NCBI RefSeq assembly: GCF_006345805.1
Contig: NC_042998.1
Span: 102,672,001 to 102,736,000, forward strand
DNA from: Octopus sinensis
Lineage: Eukaryota
Length of the DNA: 64,000 nt
Reading direction: 5' to 3'
The translations under genes were made by a program, and so were the position numbers. Shown here piece after piece: positions 26,931 through 40,479 of the stretch (the first letter of the stretch is position 1; each line of letters begins with the position of its first letter). The notes beneath the pieces were generated by a model that saw only the letters and a list, made by a program, of their open reading frames with translations, searched no databases and had not been told where the DNA came from.

Positions 26931-27189
26931 CATACCAAAAAATGTAGGAAAATGAATGGGTTATTTCCCTTGGCTGTTAAAATGCAATACATTAGATCCT
27001 ATCAAGGGGCTCTATTATCGATTTTTTCAACAATGTGAATATGCCATGAGGCTTCCAGACATGGGTTCTACTCGCGTGTCCATTTTAAGCAAAATCGATA
27101 ATATGATGTAGACATTAGCTAAGAACTCTACAAACACACCCACAGACAGAATATATATATATATATATATATATAACAAAAAAATTATC

Positions 27190-30100
27190 GGGTGGAATTT
27201 ATCAATATTTAACGAATAACTACGCGCATTTCCACAAATCACATGACTTTAACATCAGACTCCGTTTCCTTAGGATGATTACAATATAGTCTGCAGCATC
27301 CGCGTGCATCCGGTTGATCATCATTAATTCCTTTCATGAGGCGATACAGTATTAGTGGATGAATCATAGATGGATGTTTATCCCGTCTTGCCACTATGAA
27401 GGCCAATCTAGCTATGTGGGTATATCTGTGTGAACTTGGTAGGGGGTAGGTAATACGAGAAGTGGAAGAAATGTTAGTCATAATGGAGGTGCGTAATGGT
27501 TGTGTAGGATTTATTTGCTAATCATTCTGCAAGTTTTAAGGATATTCATTCATTCAGCAGATTTAAGGATGATAATACATTTCTTTGTTCTATTTCATAT
27601 AAGACATGACTCTCCTCAATAAATTCCGAACCCATCAGGTGGTGAGCTGCTATACAGTGGGGTTTGTTGGCCGAATTGATTAATACTACCCACTTATGTT
27701 GACTTTTTCATTGTTTCTGTTGTTAGAGTGTGTAGCATCTTAAACATTGGTTTGTTCGTTTATCTGTTTGGGTTCCTTCATTATTATATCGTTTCAAAAT
27801 AGTTTTCCTAAATTCTATTAACTTTACCATAAACGAATTTAAAAGTTATATCAGACTTGTACAACCAATACGGTAATACAAGTAGCCTTAAACAAATAAT
27901 CACGAATGATAAAAATAAATTTGGATGTATCACTGAAGGATATCCTTATATTATGCAGAAGAGAATGCCTGAGGAGGATGACCGAATGCTTAGGTGTATA
28001 CATTAATAGGTGAAGATGGAAAGTATACTTCTTTGACAGAAAAAAAGAGACCAAATGTAAGAACACTGACTTCCACGAAAATCTGAAGCAAAATTCAAAT
28101 TGCTCAACAATCCACTACCAAACAAGATCATAAAACCATTTGTAGAGGAACGTTTTAACATAATCAAAAATATCAAATTCAAGGGCTCGATGAAACTCAG
28201 AAAACACCAAAAGAAATTAAATGCACTGCTTCAGACATTTAGGAACGCAATTGGAATATTAGTACCTGTGGACAAATCAGGTAACCTCTACAATGTTAAT
28301 ATTAACATATACACCGAACTTATAACAAAGCAATTACACGGTAAATACAATCACACACGGCGCAACACACTTGATAACATAAATAAGAAGGGACTCGAAA
28401 TAGTTAAGAAATTAGGTATTCGAAATAAGACTAGATTTTATACACCTATGACACCTAGAATAAGCCTAAAAGACCATATGGGAAACTTCCATGATAACTC
28501 AACATTAAAACTCGTATGCCCGTCCAAATCGGATATAAGTAAAATCAGCAAAGCAATAACAGATATGATAATACCTAAATTAAAATGTGTAACTAACTTG
28601 AAAGTGTAGTCAAACACCTTTGAAATAATCTCCTGATTAAAAACCTGGAGAACAAGTCCAAGTTTGTACAGTTGTACATGTTAAACTACTACCAGTCCAT
28701 AAACCTAATTCTACAAATCAAAGCGCTAATATTCGCCAAGACCTGCTCCGACCTAACTGGTGAAGAAATAGATATAGTTTTAGCTGCTAGAAGTAATATA
28801 AGAGAATACGGAGGTAAGCTATAGACACGATCCGACAGGTTTAAGTCGTTTGACATAACAATGGTGAGCAGCGGTCCTGCGCAAACACGGATTTTGTAGG
28901 CATATTATTATTATCGCAAATAGAATATTTACTACAGAATATGGGGTGGGGAGGATTATATACGGATGACGCACTGTTCTCTATACACAAAAGTAGCAAA
29001 GTAGAAATGTGCAACAAAAAAGTCTTTTTTAATATTTCAAGAATTTTGAATTAGAAATTGAAATGGAAGAAAATTGCAAAGTGGTAAAATTATTTGGCGT
29101 AAAACTTAGCCTCATTGATGAAATATTCGAACCATTCCATATGCCAAAGGAGAACTTAAAATATGTGTGCAGAGGGTCCAATCATCCGGAACATATAGTA
29201 CGATGCATCTCAAGAAGCGTGAGTAATAGAATATGTAGACTATCAACGGATGAACAAAAAATTGATGTGCATGCCAAGAATTACTGGCTGGAGTGAGATA
29301 TATAGATAAAATGGCATGTATATGGAATTAGGCAGAGACGGCTCAATACCCAGAGGGCATTATCAATACTGATAGTAATCATATAAATAGCCACTCAGTA
29401 CCAGAAACTAGAAAAGTAATAAATATAATAGGGACCAAAATGTAAAGAAAAAAACATGACAATAATAGGAATAGACATAGAACAGAATCCATGAAACTAC
29501 AGCCAAAGTTAGAAAGAATCGTACCGTTAAATACTGATAGTAATAATGACAACAAAGCAATGATATACACAGATAAACCTAATAGATATATTAAAAGAAA
29601 TAGAAAATCGATGAAATCATTTGGGTTAATCAGATCTTTAATTTATAAGTAAAATCAAAAGTCGGCCAGGAATTTTTCGCGGCATTAGACACTTCCCCAA
29701 TCTTTCAAATATCACAAAATCATAAATTGACACAATGCAGAGTACGACGGACAAAAATTAAATAACACAAAACTAAATAGAAAAAAAAACTAGAGGAGAT
29801 ATATGTAACAACCACACCTAACATAACTGTATACAACGATAGATGGTGGAAAATAGTGGTTGTAAAGACTCATCAATAGCAAATACACTACACAATAAAA
29901 AGTACAATAAATACATAAGGAAAATGAGTGCACGATTACAGGAGGAAGAAGACAGAGGACACCAATAAGAACAACTCGATAAAACAATGTAGCTGTAGAC
30001 GTAAAGACGAATGTAAATTCAACAACTGAATGGTAGGGAACGTAGTGTACAACTATGAGGTGAAGGCAAATGCAGACACCATGAGAAATCGTCTGAGAAA

Positions 30101-30270
30101 TCATCTCTCATCATTTTCCAATATAAATGCAAGACACTCCACATCTCTTTCGATATACTACAGATTATATTGTAATCATCCCGAGGATACAGACTCTGAT
30201 GTTGAAGCTATGTGATTTGTGGAAACACATGTAGCGATGCATTAAATATTTATAAATTCCATCCTAGAAT
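27190..30270 (+). mobile_element. Decayed Naiad-type Penelope-like element with inverted terminal-repeat copy
   Basis: ORF 28100-28609 with LVPVDKSGNLY and ISLKDHMGNF...LVCPSKSDISKISK; YTDDAL-like RT motif at about 28960; VVYNYEV...RLRNHLSSF...STSLS endonuclease; 27190-27330 is an inverted homologue of 30140-30270. Confidence 0.75.
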
Positions 30271-30639
30271 TATTGTTATTACTAAATTTATCCCACATTA
30301 TATCAGTATAACCATGATGCATGAAAAACTGACTCACTAGTCAGTATCATTTGTCGATAGTCGGCATAAGGAAATATGAGCTTTATTTGCATATATTTAA
30401 CGTTACCATAAACGAATTAAAAAGATATATGTGTGTGTATATACATACATACGTACATACATACATACATATATATAAACACTTACGAATATCACTTACA
30501 GTGTGGTGCATCTCAACAGAATTGCTGCTAAGGACGAGTGAACTGGAGTTAGATGTAAAGGATTGCTTCGCAAATTATGGTTTCGGTTGCACTACACGAT
30601 AATGTTATAGCTTGAGGATGAACAGTACACGTACATATG

Positions 30640-31810
30640 CAAAGAGACGCATATGTACATAGTAATGGGGTACCTCGAAATAATGCTTTACTAGAAAATA
30701 CTCAAGAAATATGGAAACACGTTCTCCACCTATATTCAGAACAACTGGAAAATATATTTCGACGACTGCTTCATCCTCTGGGATGAAAATATAGAACAAC
30801 TCGAGGAATTTAAAATACTAATAAATAGAATTAATGAAAACATTCAATTCACGATAGAATATAACCTAGGAAAACTACCATTTGTGGACATCCTCATTAA
30901 GAAATTCAGCAACAAAATAGAGACAGATATCTATTATAAAGCGACAGACTCAAAGGAGTACCTACCATTTGACTCATGCCACCCAAGACACACTAGAATA
31001 AATGTCTCTTTCTTTTTAGCCAGAAGGATTTGCACCATAATATCAAACACAAATACCCGACACACGTCTCCAGGAACTCAGAACTACACTCATAAATAGG
31101 AATTATCCACAGCCCCTAATAGACAATGCAATCCAACGAGCACTTAAATTAAATATAGAAGACCTCAGACAACCAAAACCAAAAAAAGGAAGAAAAATTA
31201 AAAACCCTACCCTACATGTCTACACACAACCGACTTAACAATGAGGCCTTCAACACCATGCTCCAAAGCACAGCCCTACTCAAGGGAGACCCAAAGATGA
31301 ACCGAATCCTCCAAACGTACACCATCATAAAAAGTAAACGGCAGCCAAAATCCTTAAAAAAGATTTTAACCCAAGCTAAACTGCACCCAATAACAACCAC
31401 AAAATTAACAGTTAAAAAATGTGGAAAGCCCAACTGCGGAATCTGTGTCATCTTAGTAGAAGGTTCGGAATACACATTAGAAAAAGGCCATCATTTTACC
31501 ATCAGAACAAACTTCACATGTGCATCAGAAAACTAAATTTACGTTTTAACATGCGCAGGGTGCAATAGCAATATATTGGCTATACAAAAAACAGCCTACG
31601 AAAAAGTATAGCAGTACATAAATCCCAAATTAGGAATCCTGAATACAGGAAATTACCTGTCAGCGGCCACATACACAGATGTGCATCACATAAAAATCCC
31701 AAATTCACAACTTTCCCTCTTTACCAATTCAGTACCTTTCACTCAACGTCATAACATAGAACTCCATTTCATTAGAAAATTCGCACCAAGTCTAAACGCC
31801 CTGGGCCAGG
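30640..31810 (+). mobile_element. Penelope-like element, 3' half (RT, thumb, GIY-YIG)
   Basis: IYFDDCFILW, LPFVDILI, YYKATDSKEYLPFDSCHP, CGKPNCGIC, FTCASEN*IYVLTCAGC, FIRKFAPSLN. Confidence 0.85.
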
Positions 31811-33230
31811 AACATTAAAACCATATATTGGTTTTCCGAAAAGAAAAATGGAATGCTACAACTCCAACTACCACTACCCCCACGGTGACTACTACTACTA
31901 TACCCAATGAACTACTGCTACAACTCCTACCACCGCGGTCACTACTATTACAACTACGAATAACAGTCACTGCTACTACTGCTACATTCATTTTTACCAT
32001 TCATTTTTACAATTACAGCCAACGAATCTAGTCAACGCACTCGACATCCATTATGCCCCCCTCCACAAAACACCACCACATGGACTCTGTTGAGACTAGT
32101 AATAAACAATTATGAACTTTTTTATTACACTTAACTTTAAAAAATATTTTTGATGAGGTTCGTTTTTTCAAGAAGAACCGAAACGTAAAACCTCTAAGAA
32201 AATTAAAATGTATCTTATATAGTGGCGTTTTCAAACTTCGTTTTTATATATATATATATACCCATTCGTATGCCACCTACACTTCATATATATATATATA
32301 ACTATCCATACACACACGTTTGATGACAAGCACCTTTAATTCAATACATTTTACGTTATTCATCTATGTTATTGATGAAGGTTAGCCTACCGATAAATTG
32401 TTTAGTGGTGTTACCTCCGTTTTTTGGCTCTCTGAGACCAAATCCCGCCAAAACCCACTTTATCTTGCATCACTTCGGATCCGTGTAATATAGTAGTGCG
32501 GTCCGTGTATATGACTAAGTCACTAAAATTTCTCTCACTAAAATTTCAAGCTTTGTTCCAAAATTGGAGGCCATTATTTATATCTTCCACAGAGACTAAT
32601 TTACTCAACTAAATTCTCTTGGCTAAGAATGGAACGTAGCCTTATGGTGCAAAGAATACAAAAAAGTTAAAATAAATCAAACGCAATATCCTTCATATCC
32701 TGGTGTTATTGATATCCCTGGGGTGGTAATATAAATTGTAACTAAACTTGTTTCAATTAATGGAATTAGAAGATTGTAGATTTTTCAAATTTATTCAATA
32801 TATCTTATTGTTTTATGTCATATAACATTAGAGAATATACTATAACATAATCTTAAATTTATATATTGCACATTTTTGAAGCAGTGCTAATGCCTTATAT
32901 TTTCAAGTGGAATGAAATGCAGTAATATAGTGTCATACATTGCTTAGAATCACTGCTAATATAATTTAAGGAAAATGCCTGGTATCGAAATTAGTACGTT
33001 TGGAACTCAATCTGTTGTTGTGATAAAGCTTTATTCACCTGCAGAAATATAATTATTTACAAAAATTCTAGATGTCTGAAATAAGTAATTATTGATAGAA
33101 TTATAATTTTCAGGCTATTCACCCCATCTTTACTAGGGGTTTCGCCGTATGTCCTTTTGTTTGTCTGTTTCTCTAACCCGTCCTCTCTCTTCCTCTCTCT
33201 TTCTCTTCATCCGTGTCTTTCTCTTCATCC

Positions 33231-33261
<31 letters not shown>

Positions 33262-33429
33262 ACAATATACACATGAATATATAATTACAGACATCACTAA
33301 ATTTGTTTCTGATGTAATGAATAAGGAATAAATGACCCCTTATTCCCGACACAAATGTCCATCCTTTGAATCCAATACTGTATTGTCAAACAACTTAATT
33401 ATTTTACTTTTGTTTTAATATAAATATAT

Positions 33430-33830
33430 CATTTTCTACTCTAGGAATAAGGCTCGACATTTTGGGGGAGGGGACCAGTCTATTAGATCTACCCCGGTAT
33501 GCAAATGGCACTTGGTTTATCGACCCCGAAAGGATGAAAGCAAAGTCGACCTCGACGGAATTTGAACTCAGAACGTAATGACAGACGAAATACGTATTTC
33601 TTTCCTACCCACAAGGGGCTAAACACAGAGAGGACAAACAAGGACAGACGAACGGATTAAGTCGATTACATTGACCCCAGTGCGTGACTTGTGCTTAATC
33701 TATCGACCCCGATAGGATGAAAGGCAAAGTCGATCTCGGCGAAATTTGAACTCAGAACGTAACGGCAGACGAAATACGGTTTCGCATTTCGCCCGGCGTG
33801 CTAACGTTTCTGCCAGCTCACCGACCTTAA
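33430..33830 (-). mobile_element. Two abutting SINE copies
   Basis: Two tcgaccccga.aggatgaaaggcaaagtcga cores with different tails. Confidence 0.85.
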
Positions 33831-34139
33831 CTACAAATATATTGACAAGTGTGTCCTTCACTAAAAAAAATAAAGTATTCTTTGAAGGATCTTTGGCTGA
33901 TACTTTGTTTGACCATGGACACAGCTGCTCCAGCATAAGTTTGCTGCGAAATAGGATTTTTTTGTTTTGAAACATAGATGGCAACGATATATTTTTATGT
34001 ATTTAAGTGGATTTTGCTCGTAGTTGTGATAGAATTTGAAAGATACAAATAATTGAAATCCGCTCTATGAAATTCCTGCTATTTATATCATGTGTTTAGC
34101 AAGTATTATAAGATTCTTGACATTTCACGAATTTTTCGT

Positions 34140-34450
34140 TATCAGAACTCATGATAATGTCTCAATAGAAATATATTACTTAATTCAAGGCAACGTTTTC
34201 TTCGGTGATCACTTTCAGGACCATCTACTCAACGACCAGCCGGAAGTAGATGACCTATAAGCTGAGATCTAAGAATATCCAGAATATCTCTGCCAACCAA
34301 ACGACAGACCACGTGATTAGTAAATCTTGTACTCATCGAAAATTTGCAAAAGTGCATATATTCCAATGATTGAAGTTGCTTCAATTTTACTAGATGTATG
34401 CATTTGGATGTCGATGTTTTAGAATCCTTACTTCTAACCGGTACTCAGAC
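34140..34450 (+). pseudogene. Decayed protocadherin EC2/EC3-like fragment
   Basis: DNVSIEIYYLIQGNVFF (34153), QPEV, VHIF/ND (34352-34370), FT....DVDVLES...TGT (34386-34445). Confidence 0.35.
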
Positions 34451-35697
34451 AACAAATACTTTGCCACTCTGATTAAAATATATTGATCAATGAAAGGAGC
34501 ACGCAGTAGTTACCCATGCATCAGGTGAAAACTGCGTGAGACGATATACTCGGTAACTGGGGATGGATGAACAAGAACTTCCTTTTCTTCGATTATATCT
34601 CTAAAGATCTCGCGGAGAAACAGATTTTAGTTTATTTCTGAAATAAATCTATTTACTTGTTTTAGACAAGAAGTATTCAAAATCTTTTTATTTTGTGCAA
34701 AATACGTATTATTCACTACAGCTAATACATTATTATTTCCATTAGGCATAACTAAAATTGATGAGGATTTTCTAAGCTTCATTTTATCTTTATCTTTGTA
34801 TCTGTATGCTTTGTTATAATTTTTTTGTTGTGTTACTCACTGTTATACATTAGTAATTTTCATTTACGTTCTTCTTTGTTTGTGGTGATAGCATTAATTT
34901 GCGGTTGAAAAGTTTTTCTGTCTTTACATTAAATCTACTCTGGTCATTTAGTGGTATATTTGAATTGATATTTTATTTGTGGATTTCTCGACTCTTTCTT
35001 CTCATCCTTAGACCAAGAGCTCGAGACCCACGTTCAACTATCTTTGTTCAAGTAATTCAAGCTTCCCCTCTTCGTTAGACAAATTATCTGCTATTATCGA
35101 AATTACCTTTCGCAAGGGTGATTCACTAACATCATCACTTTCGCCAAATGCCTGACCATATAGATCTGTATATGTTAAGAATTTTCTCTTTTAGTTGGGT
35201 TGACAGAATGGTTTCTGATGACTGTCTATTGTACACGCGTCTATTGTTTTATTACTATATGAAAAAGAAAGAACTAGAAAATATATTTATAATACATAAG
35301 TACAACGTAGCGTTTGCTTTTATTGCTTGTGTTGCTGTTCGCCACAAAATATTGTAAAAATTCCATAATCTTTTTGGCGTAACTATCTCAGCACGAACAG
35401 CATATTCATACACGCCGTATTTGGACGATTACTTCGTTAATCATTTTTATTTTTCTGTATTTACAAAGCAAACAGAAAAATAAACTAGCAATTTCATAAA
35501 TAGAATAACTGCGTTTCTTTTGAAATAGATCATCTCCAGATGGTATTTAAAGCGAAAAACTTACCCTTTAATATTTTGTCGTATTTATAGAATCATACAG
35601 AGCAAAGAAACTGAATGAAGTTATTTTTACCGAAAGAACGGGAAATTATGAAGATGACGCTGGCATATGTTTGGTACTCGCAAGGCAAACACGAATG

Positions 35698-35699
35698 GC

Positions 35700-35763
<64 letters not shown>

Positions 35764-35786
35764 GTAGTAGTAGTAGTAGTAGTACT

Positions 35787-35847
<61 letters not shown>

Positions 35848-35886
35848 ACAACAACAGCAACAATAATAATGATAATAATAATAATC
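35698..35886. repeat. Compound trinucleotide array (AAT)(AGT)(AGC)(AGT)(AAC)(AAT)
   Basis: Read directly from the sequence. Confidence 0.95.
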
Positions 35887-36432
35887 AATGCTCTGATGCA
35901 ATACCAGGCAGTGGCTCTCGTGGCTTCTAATCTTAACTGATTGGAAGTGTTATCATGTACCTTGTTTTGTCTTGGTATAAAAGATGGGCTACAGCAAATA
36001 TTCTGCTCAATACCACAGATTTGCTTGTCAGTTGTTTGACCTTAACCAGTTGTGCAAGTCCCTTGGTGGCTGACGATATGTGCATCTCTGATCACGAGTA
36101 GGATGGGTGGGGGAGCATCATAGCCGTGTGTTGAGAGGAATTCTTTGGGGTTTGAATAATTCACCTTTGGAAACATGGGTGGTTCGTTAAACATCCTTAA
36201 ACAACCCTTATTCAAAGACCTTTTGAGCGGGATGGGTTACTCGACCAGAGGAAAATTCTAACTGCAAGGTCATGTGCTGTTTATCTTAATATGAGATCAC
36301 CATGTCGAGCACATATAGTTGTGATGCATGTGCCTAGTGTACCCTTATCAGACGGGTTGTCATGATGGGTATAATGGGCTTCGTATATTTTACCCCACTG
36401 TTACATTGACAGCATGAACTGCTCTCTCACTC
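35887..36432. mobile_element. Interspersed repeat bounded by (AAT)n tracts, probably a non-autonomous retroposon
   Basis: Higher-GC block between two AAT arrays; recalled as a common Octopus repeat, family not assigned. Confidence 0.45.
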
Positions 36433-36435
36433 ACT

Positions 36436-36460
36436 AATAATAATAATAATAATAATAATG

Positions 36461-36501
<41 letters not shown>

Positions 36502-36514
36502 AATAATAAAAATG

Positions 36515-36579
<65 letters not shown>

Positions 36580-37070
36580 TATAATAATCATAATAATCCA
36601 TTCAGGAAGTGAAAAAGATTATCTTAAGTGGTATGTTACAAATATTGACATGAGCATTGTCGCTGTGAATTTTCTCTCCCTTTTCCCCTTTTATTTTCTT
36701 TGTTTACTTTTTTAGTTTTTATAGTTTTTATTGTTTAATTTTTTCTCTCTGTCTCTATTCCCCTTTATCTATCACATGACTTTGTAAATTTTAATGGGTT
36801 ACCAATGTATATAGTGAATTTCTCTGCCCTAGGTGTCAGGAAGTCACTCGGAAAGAAATGGAAATGGAATTGAAAGAAGATAAGGAAAATACTACTACTA
36901 CTACTACTACCGCTGCTGCTGCTGCTGCTGTTCCTGCTGCTGCTGCCCCTAGTAATAATAATAACAATAGCAATAATAATAATTATCGTTATCATTATTA
37001 TTATTACTATTATTATCATTATTATTATTATTATCATCATCATCATCATCAGCAGCAGCAGCAGCAAGAG
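36436..37070. repeat. (AAT)n and compound (ACT)(GCT)(AAT)(ATT)(CAT)(CAG) arrays
   Basis: Arrays at 36436-36595 and 36890-37070 are read directly; the sequence between them is not repetitive. Confidence 0.85.
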
Positions 37071-37094
37071 GTTTCACTGCACTACATTTATTTC

Positions 37095-37600
37095 AGGTTC
37101 AGTCTTACTGGAGACCTTTAAACCATCCATATATAACAGGGGATTTCATTTTTCCTCCATTTATCAAAGTGTACACTGATACCACTTTTCCTAATATCTG
37201 TGTGAGGTGTATCATACAAATCACAAACGTCAATGGCGACAGCCAGTTTCCCTCAAATATGCATATCTTCATGTTAACCTTCACCAAATATTTTCTACAT
37301 GATGTTAACTCTTTTTTCCAATTCGCCATTGATCTTCCGACAAAATTTAAAACGTTATCAGAACACTGCACAAACTCAAGACTTTCTCAAAACCCAGAAT
37401 GGGAGACCATGGCATACACTATTTTAAAAATCAATCCACGCCATACCCAGATTAGTATGTCTTCCTTGAAGTCATTCGGCAGAAAAGTAATATATTACAC
37501 TATGTGTTGGCACTGTAATTTACCGACCAGTAACCTAAGTAACTTGACTTGGATAATGTATTTGTGTCGGTATGCAAATTGCGACTTAGAAATTTAAACA
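37095..37600 (-). mobile_element. R4/Dong-like non-LTR RT fragment
   Basis: RHTNLGMAWIDF..VYAMVSHS and SMANWKKELTSC...KICIFEGNWLSPLTFVICM resemble WIDYKKAYDMVPHSW and RGIFQGDSLSPLLFVICM. Confidence 0.7.
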
Positions 37601-37899
37601 CATCTTATATGAATGTGGCCCAGCAAAAGGTAAGGAATCCAGATAACGCATGGATTTTGTACGAGGTATATCATAAGATAACACGTCTATGAAATGGCTA
37701 GTAGCGAAATTATTACTGAAATTTTATAATACATTCGAAGGGAGGCAATAAAGAAGATGATAAACGAAAAACCTTAAATACGAAGAGTTTGGCTTTGGAA
37801 CTCTATCACATTCTTGGTAATAAAGTTCTGCTCTCGAACACCACAGATATTAAATGTCAAGATTAAAACACAAACTTCAAAGTTCCACAATGGTACATA

Positions 37900-39182
37900 C
37901 GAGGGGCGTTCAATAAGTAATGCCCCTGACCCACTTCCCATAGCAGTAGAGCAACTAAATTTAGCACAGTTATTAGTCTTTTTCTACATAGGAACCACAC
38001 AGAGTTACGCATTTCTCCCATCGTTTGATGCAGCTCTGGAGACCGTTTTTGTAGAAGACCCCAGCTTGGTCCTCCAACCACGACGTGACTTCAGAAATCA
38101 AGGTTGCATCATCTGGGAAACGCTTTCCTTTCAAAAGCAACTTCATGGCTGGGAAGAGGTGAAAATCAGAGGGTGCAAGGTCAGGAGAGTAGGGGGATGG
38201 GGGAAGAGTTCATAGCCACAAGCCTGTACTTCTGATCTGGCGACACGCGAGTTGTGGACCGGAGCGTTGTCCTGCAGGAGGAGGATGCCTTTTCTGATCT
38301 TGCCCCGCCTCTTGATTTTGATAGCTTCTCTTAATTTCCTCAAAAGTGAAGCATAATAGACTCCTGTAATTGTGGTACCCTTTGCCAGGAAATCTGTCAT
38401 CACTACTGCGTCCTGGTCCCAGAAGACTGTGAGCATGACCTTGCCAGCGGAGAGCTACACCCTTGCCTTCTTTGGAGGAGGTGAGTCACGGTGCTTCCAC
38501 TGCATTGACTGGGCTTTGGTCTCTGGATCATAGTGATGGACCCAGGTTTCATCCTGTGTAATCAGTCTTTTGAAAATTTTTGACTCATCTTCTTGGCACG
38601 TCTCCAAATTCATCCTCGAGCACTTGACGCGTTCTTGCTTCTGGAAAGGTGTGAGCAACCTGGGAATCCATCTGGCAGACACCTTTTGCATATGCATATG
38701 GTCATGAATGATAGTTTCCACAGACCCGGTTCTAATCTTGACCTGATGGGCTATTTGGCGAATTGTTATGCGTCGATCTTCCAAAATGGCAGCTTCAACT
38801 TGACGGACAGATGCCTCATCAATGGCAGAAGGGGGTTGACCAGATCTGGGAGCTGTTTCCACAGAGTTCCGACCATGTTTGAATTCACGATGCCAGCGTT
38901 TTACAAGGTCATATGATGGGGCATCATCACCATAAGTTACTTTCATTTCATCAAAAGTCTCCCGTGGTGTGCGTCCTTTCAAATACAAAAACCGGATCAC
39001 TGCTCGACACTCAACAGGCTCCATTTCACACTTGACTCAGTTCAAACACCTGTAAATCAGAAGCCACAATCAGTTCAGAGCTGTAATTTGCCGCTTAATC
39101 GATGGAGATACAGCTAATTGCACATTAGCTAGATCAAACAACTGCAAGTGGGTCAGGGGGATTACTTATTGAACGTCTCTCG
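37900..39182 (-). mobile_element. Full-length DD34D mariner with one nonsense codon and one frameshift
   Basis: About 37-bp TIRs and TA TSDs; CDS 39024-37973 with WIPRLL, ITQDETW, LQDNAPVH and (Y)SPDLAPSDF; in-frame TAG at 38455-38457; frameshift in a C-run near 38180. Confidence 0.97.
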
Positions 39183-40479
39183 TAGCTGTATAATTATCAT
39201 ACGTTAACTTGAAATATGAACGATATGTTTATTGACAAGAGAAGGGAGTTACTTGATTCAACTCGTTAGTGGAATTCTTGATTTAAGGTGTAACCTAAAG
39301 ACTCAAATTATCAGAATGTTAAATTGCCCATGTTCAAGAACAAACTCCAGTTCCCAACGGATATTTTGTCCAGAAGATTTAGTTGTAAATCTCTTCTTCA
39401 TTAAATCGGATTTACGCGATCTATTCACGTGTAACAGTCTTACATAAATATTGTATTTCTCATTTCGAAAATTACTCCAATGCGTGTTTAGAAAACTCGC
39501 TTGAGAGTTTAGGTTTTCAAGTCATATATTGCTAACAAAAACATCAGCACCATGCCTCACAAACGCGATCCTGTATATTTACTGTTCCATTGGCTTGTAT
39601 TTAAAATTCAGACGGTATAGTGGCAGATCTCAGTGGCAGATCGCAGTTTAATTTTCTTTTAAATGTGTAGGATGAAATGCTAATAAATTTTGCGGACGTT
39701 TACGCATTAACATGTGAGTCTAAATTGCCTCATGTATTTAAATGAATTACACTCACATTTTGGAGCTAATAACTTCAATTGTATGGTTGTTTCAATCCGA
39801 AAATAAATTTTTCTTTAAGCTTAGAAGATTCTATGTGATTATAATTGTGATACAAAAGCTGAAATATTGCAATTTCTATGATGTAATTTCACAATAGTTT
39901 TTGAGTCGCTTTTAAAAATGAAAATTCCAGCACAAAGAATAATTTATATTATCTTTCTGAACTTGTCAAGCATTGAAGCTTCGAGAATAACATGAATTTC
40001 AAGATCGTCTGAAATATTCAAGTTTATTGTTATTGTACTCCGCTAGATTTTAGCTTTCAAACACTTGGGTATAAGATACGAATAAACTCGATTCTGCCAT
40101 TCGTTTCTCTGTATAATTTCCAAATAATTTTCTAAATGCTTCGAAATTAAAGTAAAAAAACCTTTCAAATAATCGCGCTTGAGCGAGTAAGAGATAATCG
40201 TCTCCTAACAGAAAATTATGTTATTAAAATAGATTATCTGTTAAATACCTTTAAATTATTGCGGATAAATTTCCGCTATGTGATTTATAAACGTGTAGTA
40301 ATTCTCCTAGGAATTGTCACATTTCATGCCAATATAATCGCTGTAGATCGACATGGGACCGGTGCATGATCCGCATATATATTCAGCCTCCATTTAATTC
40401 ATGCCCACTATAGTTCTACGTTGTTTGTACATCCACCAGGCATGGATCTACAAAATGAGAGGCGAAAGCTTTCGTCTAT

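Noticed and set aside
29700-30300. Selenocysteine/SECIS signature in the Naiad-type element
   Set aside because: The copy is too decayed (many stops and frameshifts) to tell a recoded UGA or SECIS from mutation
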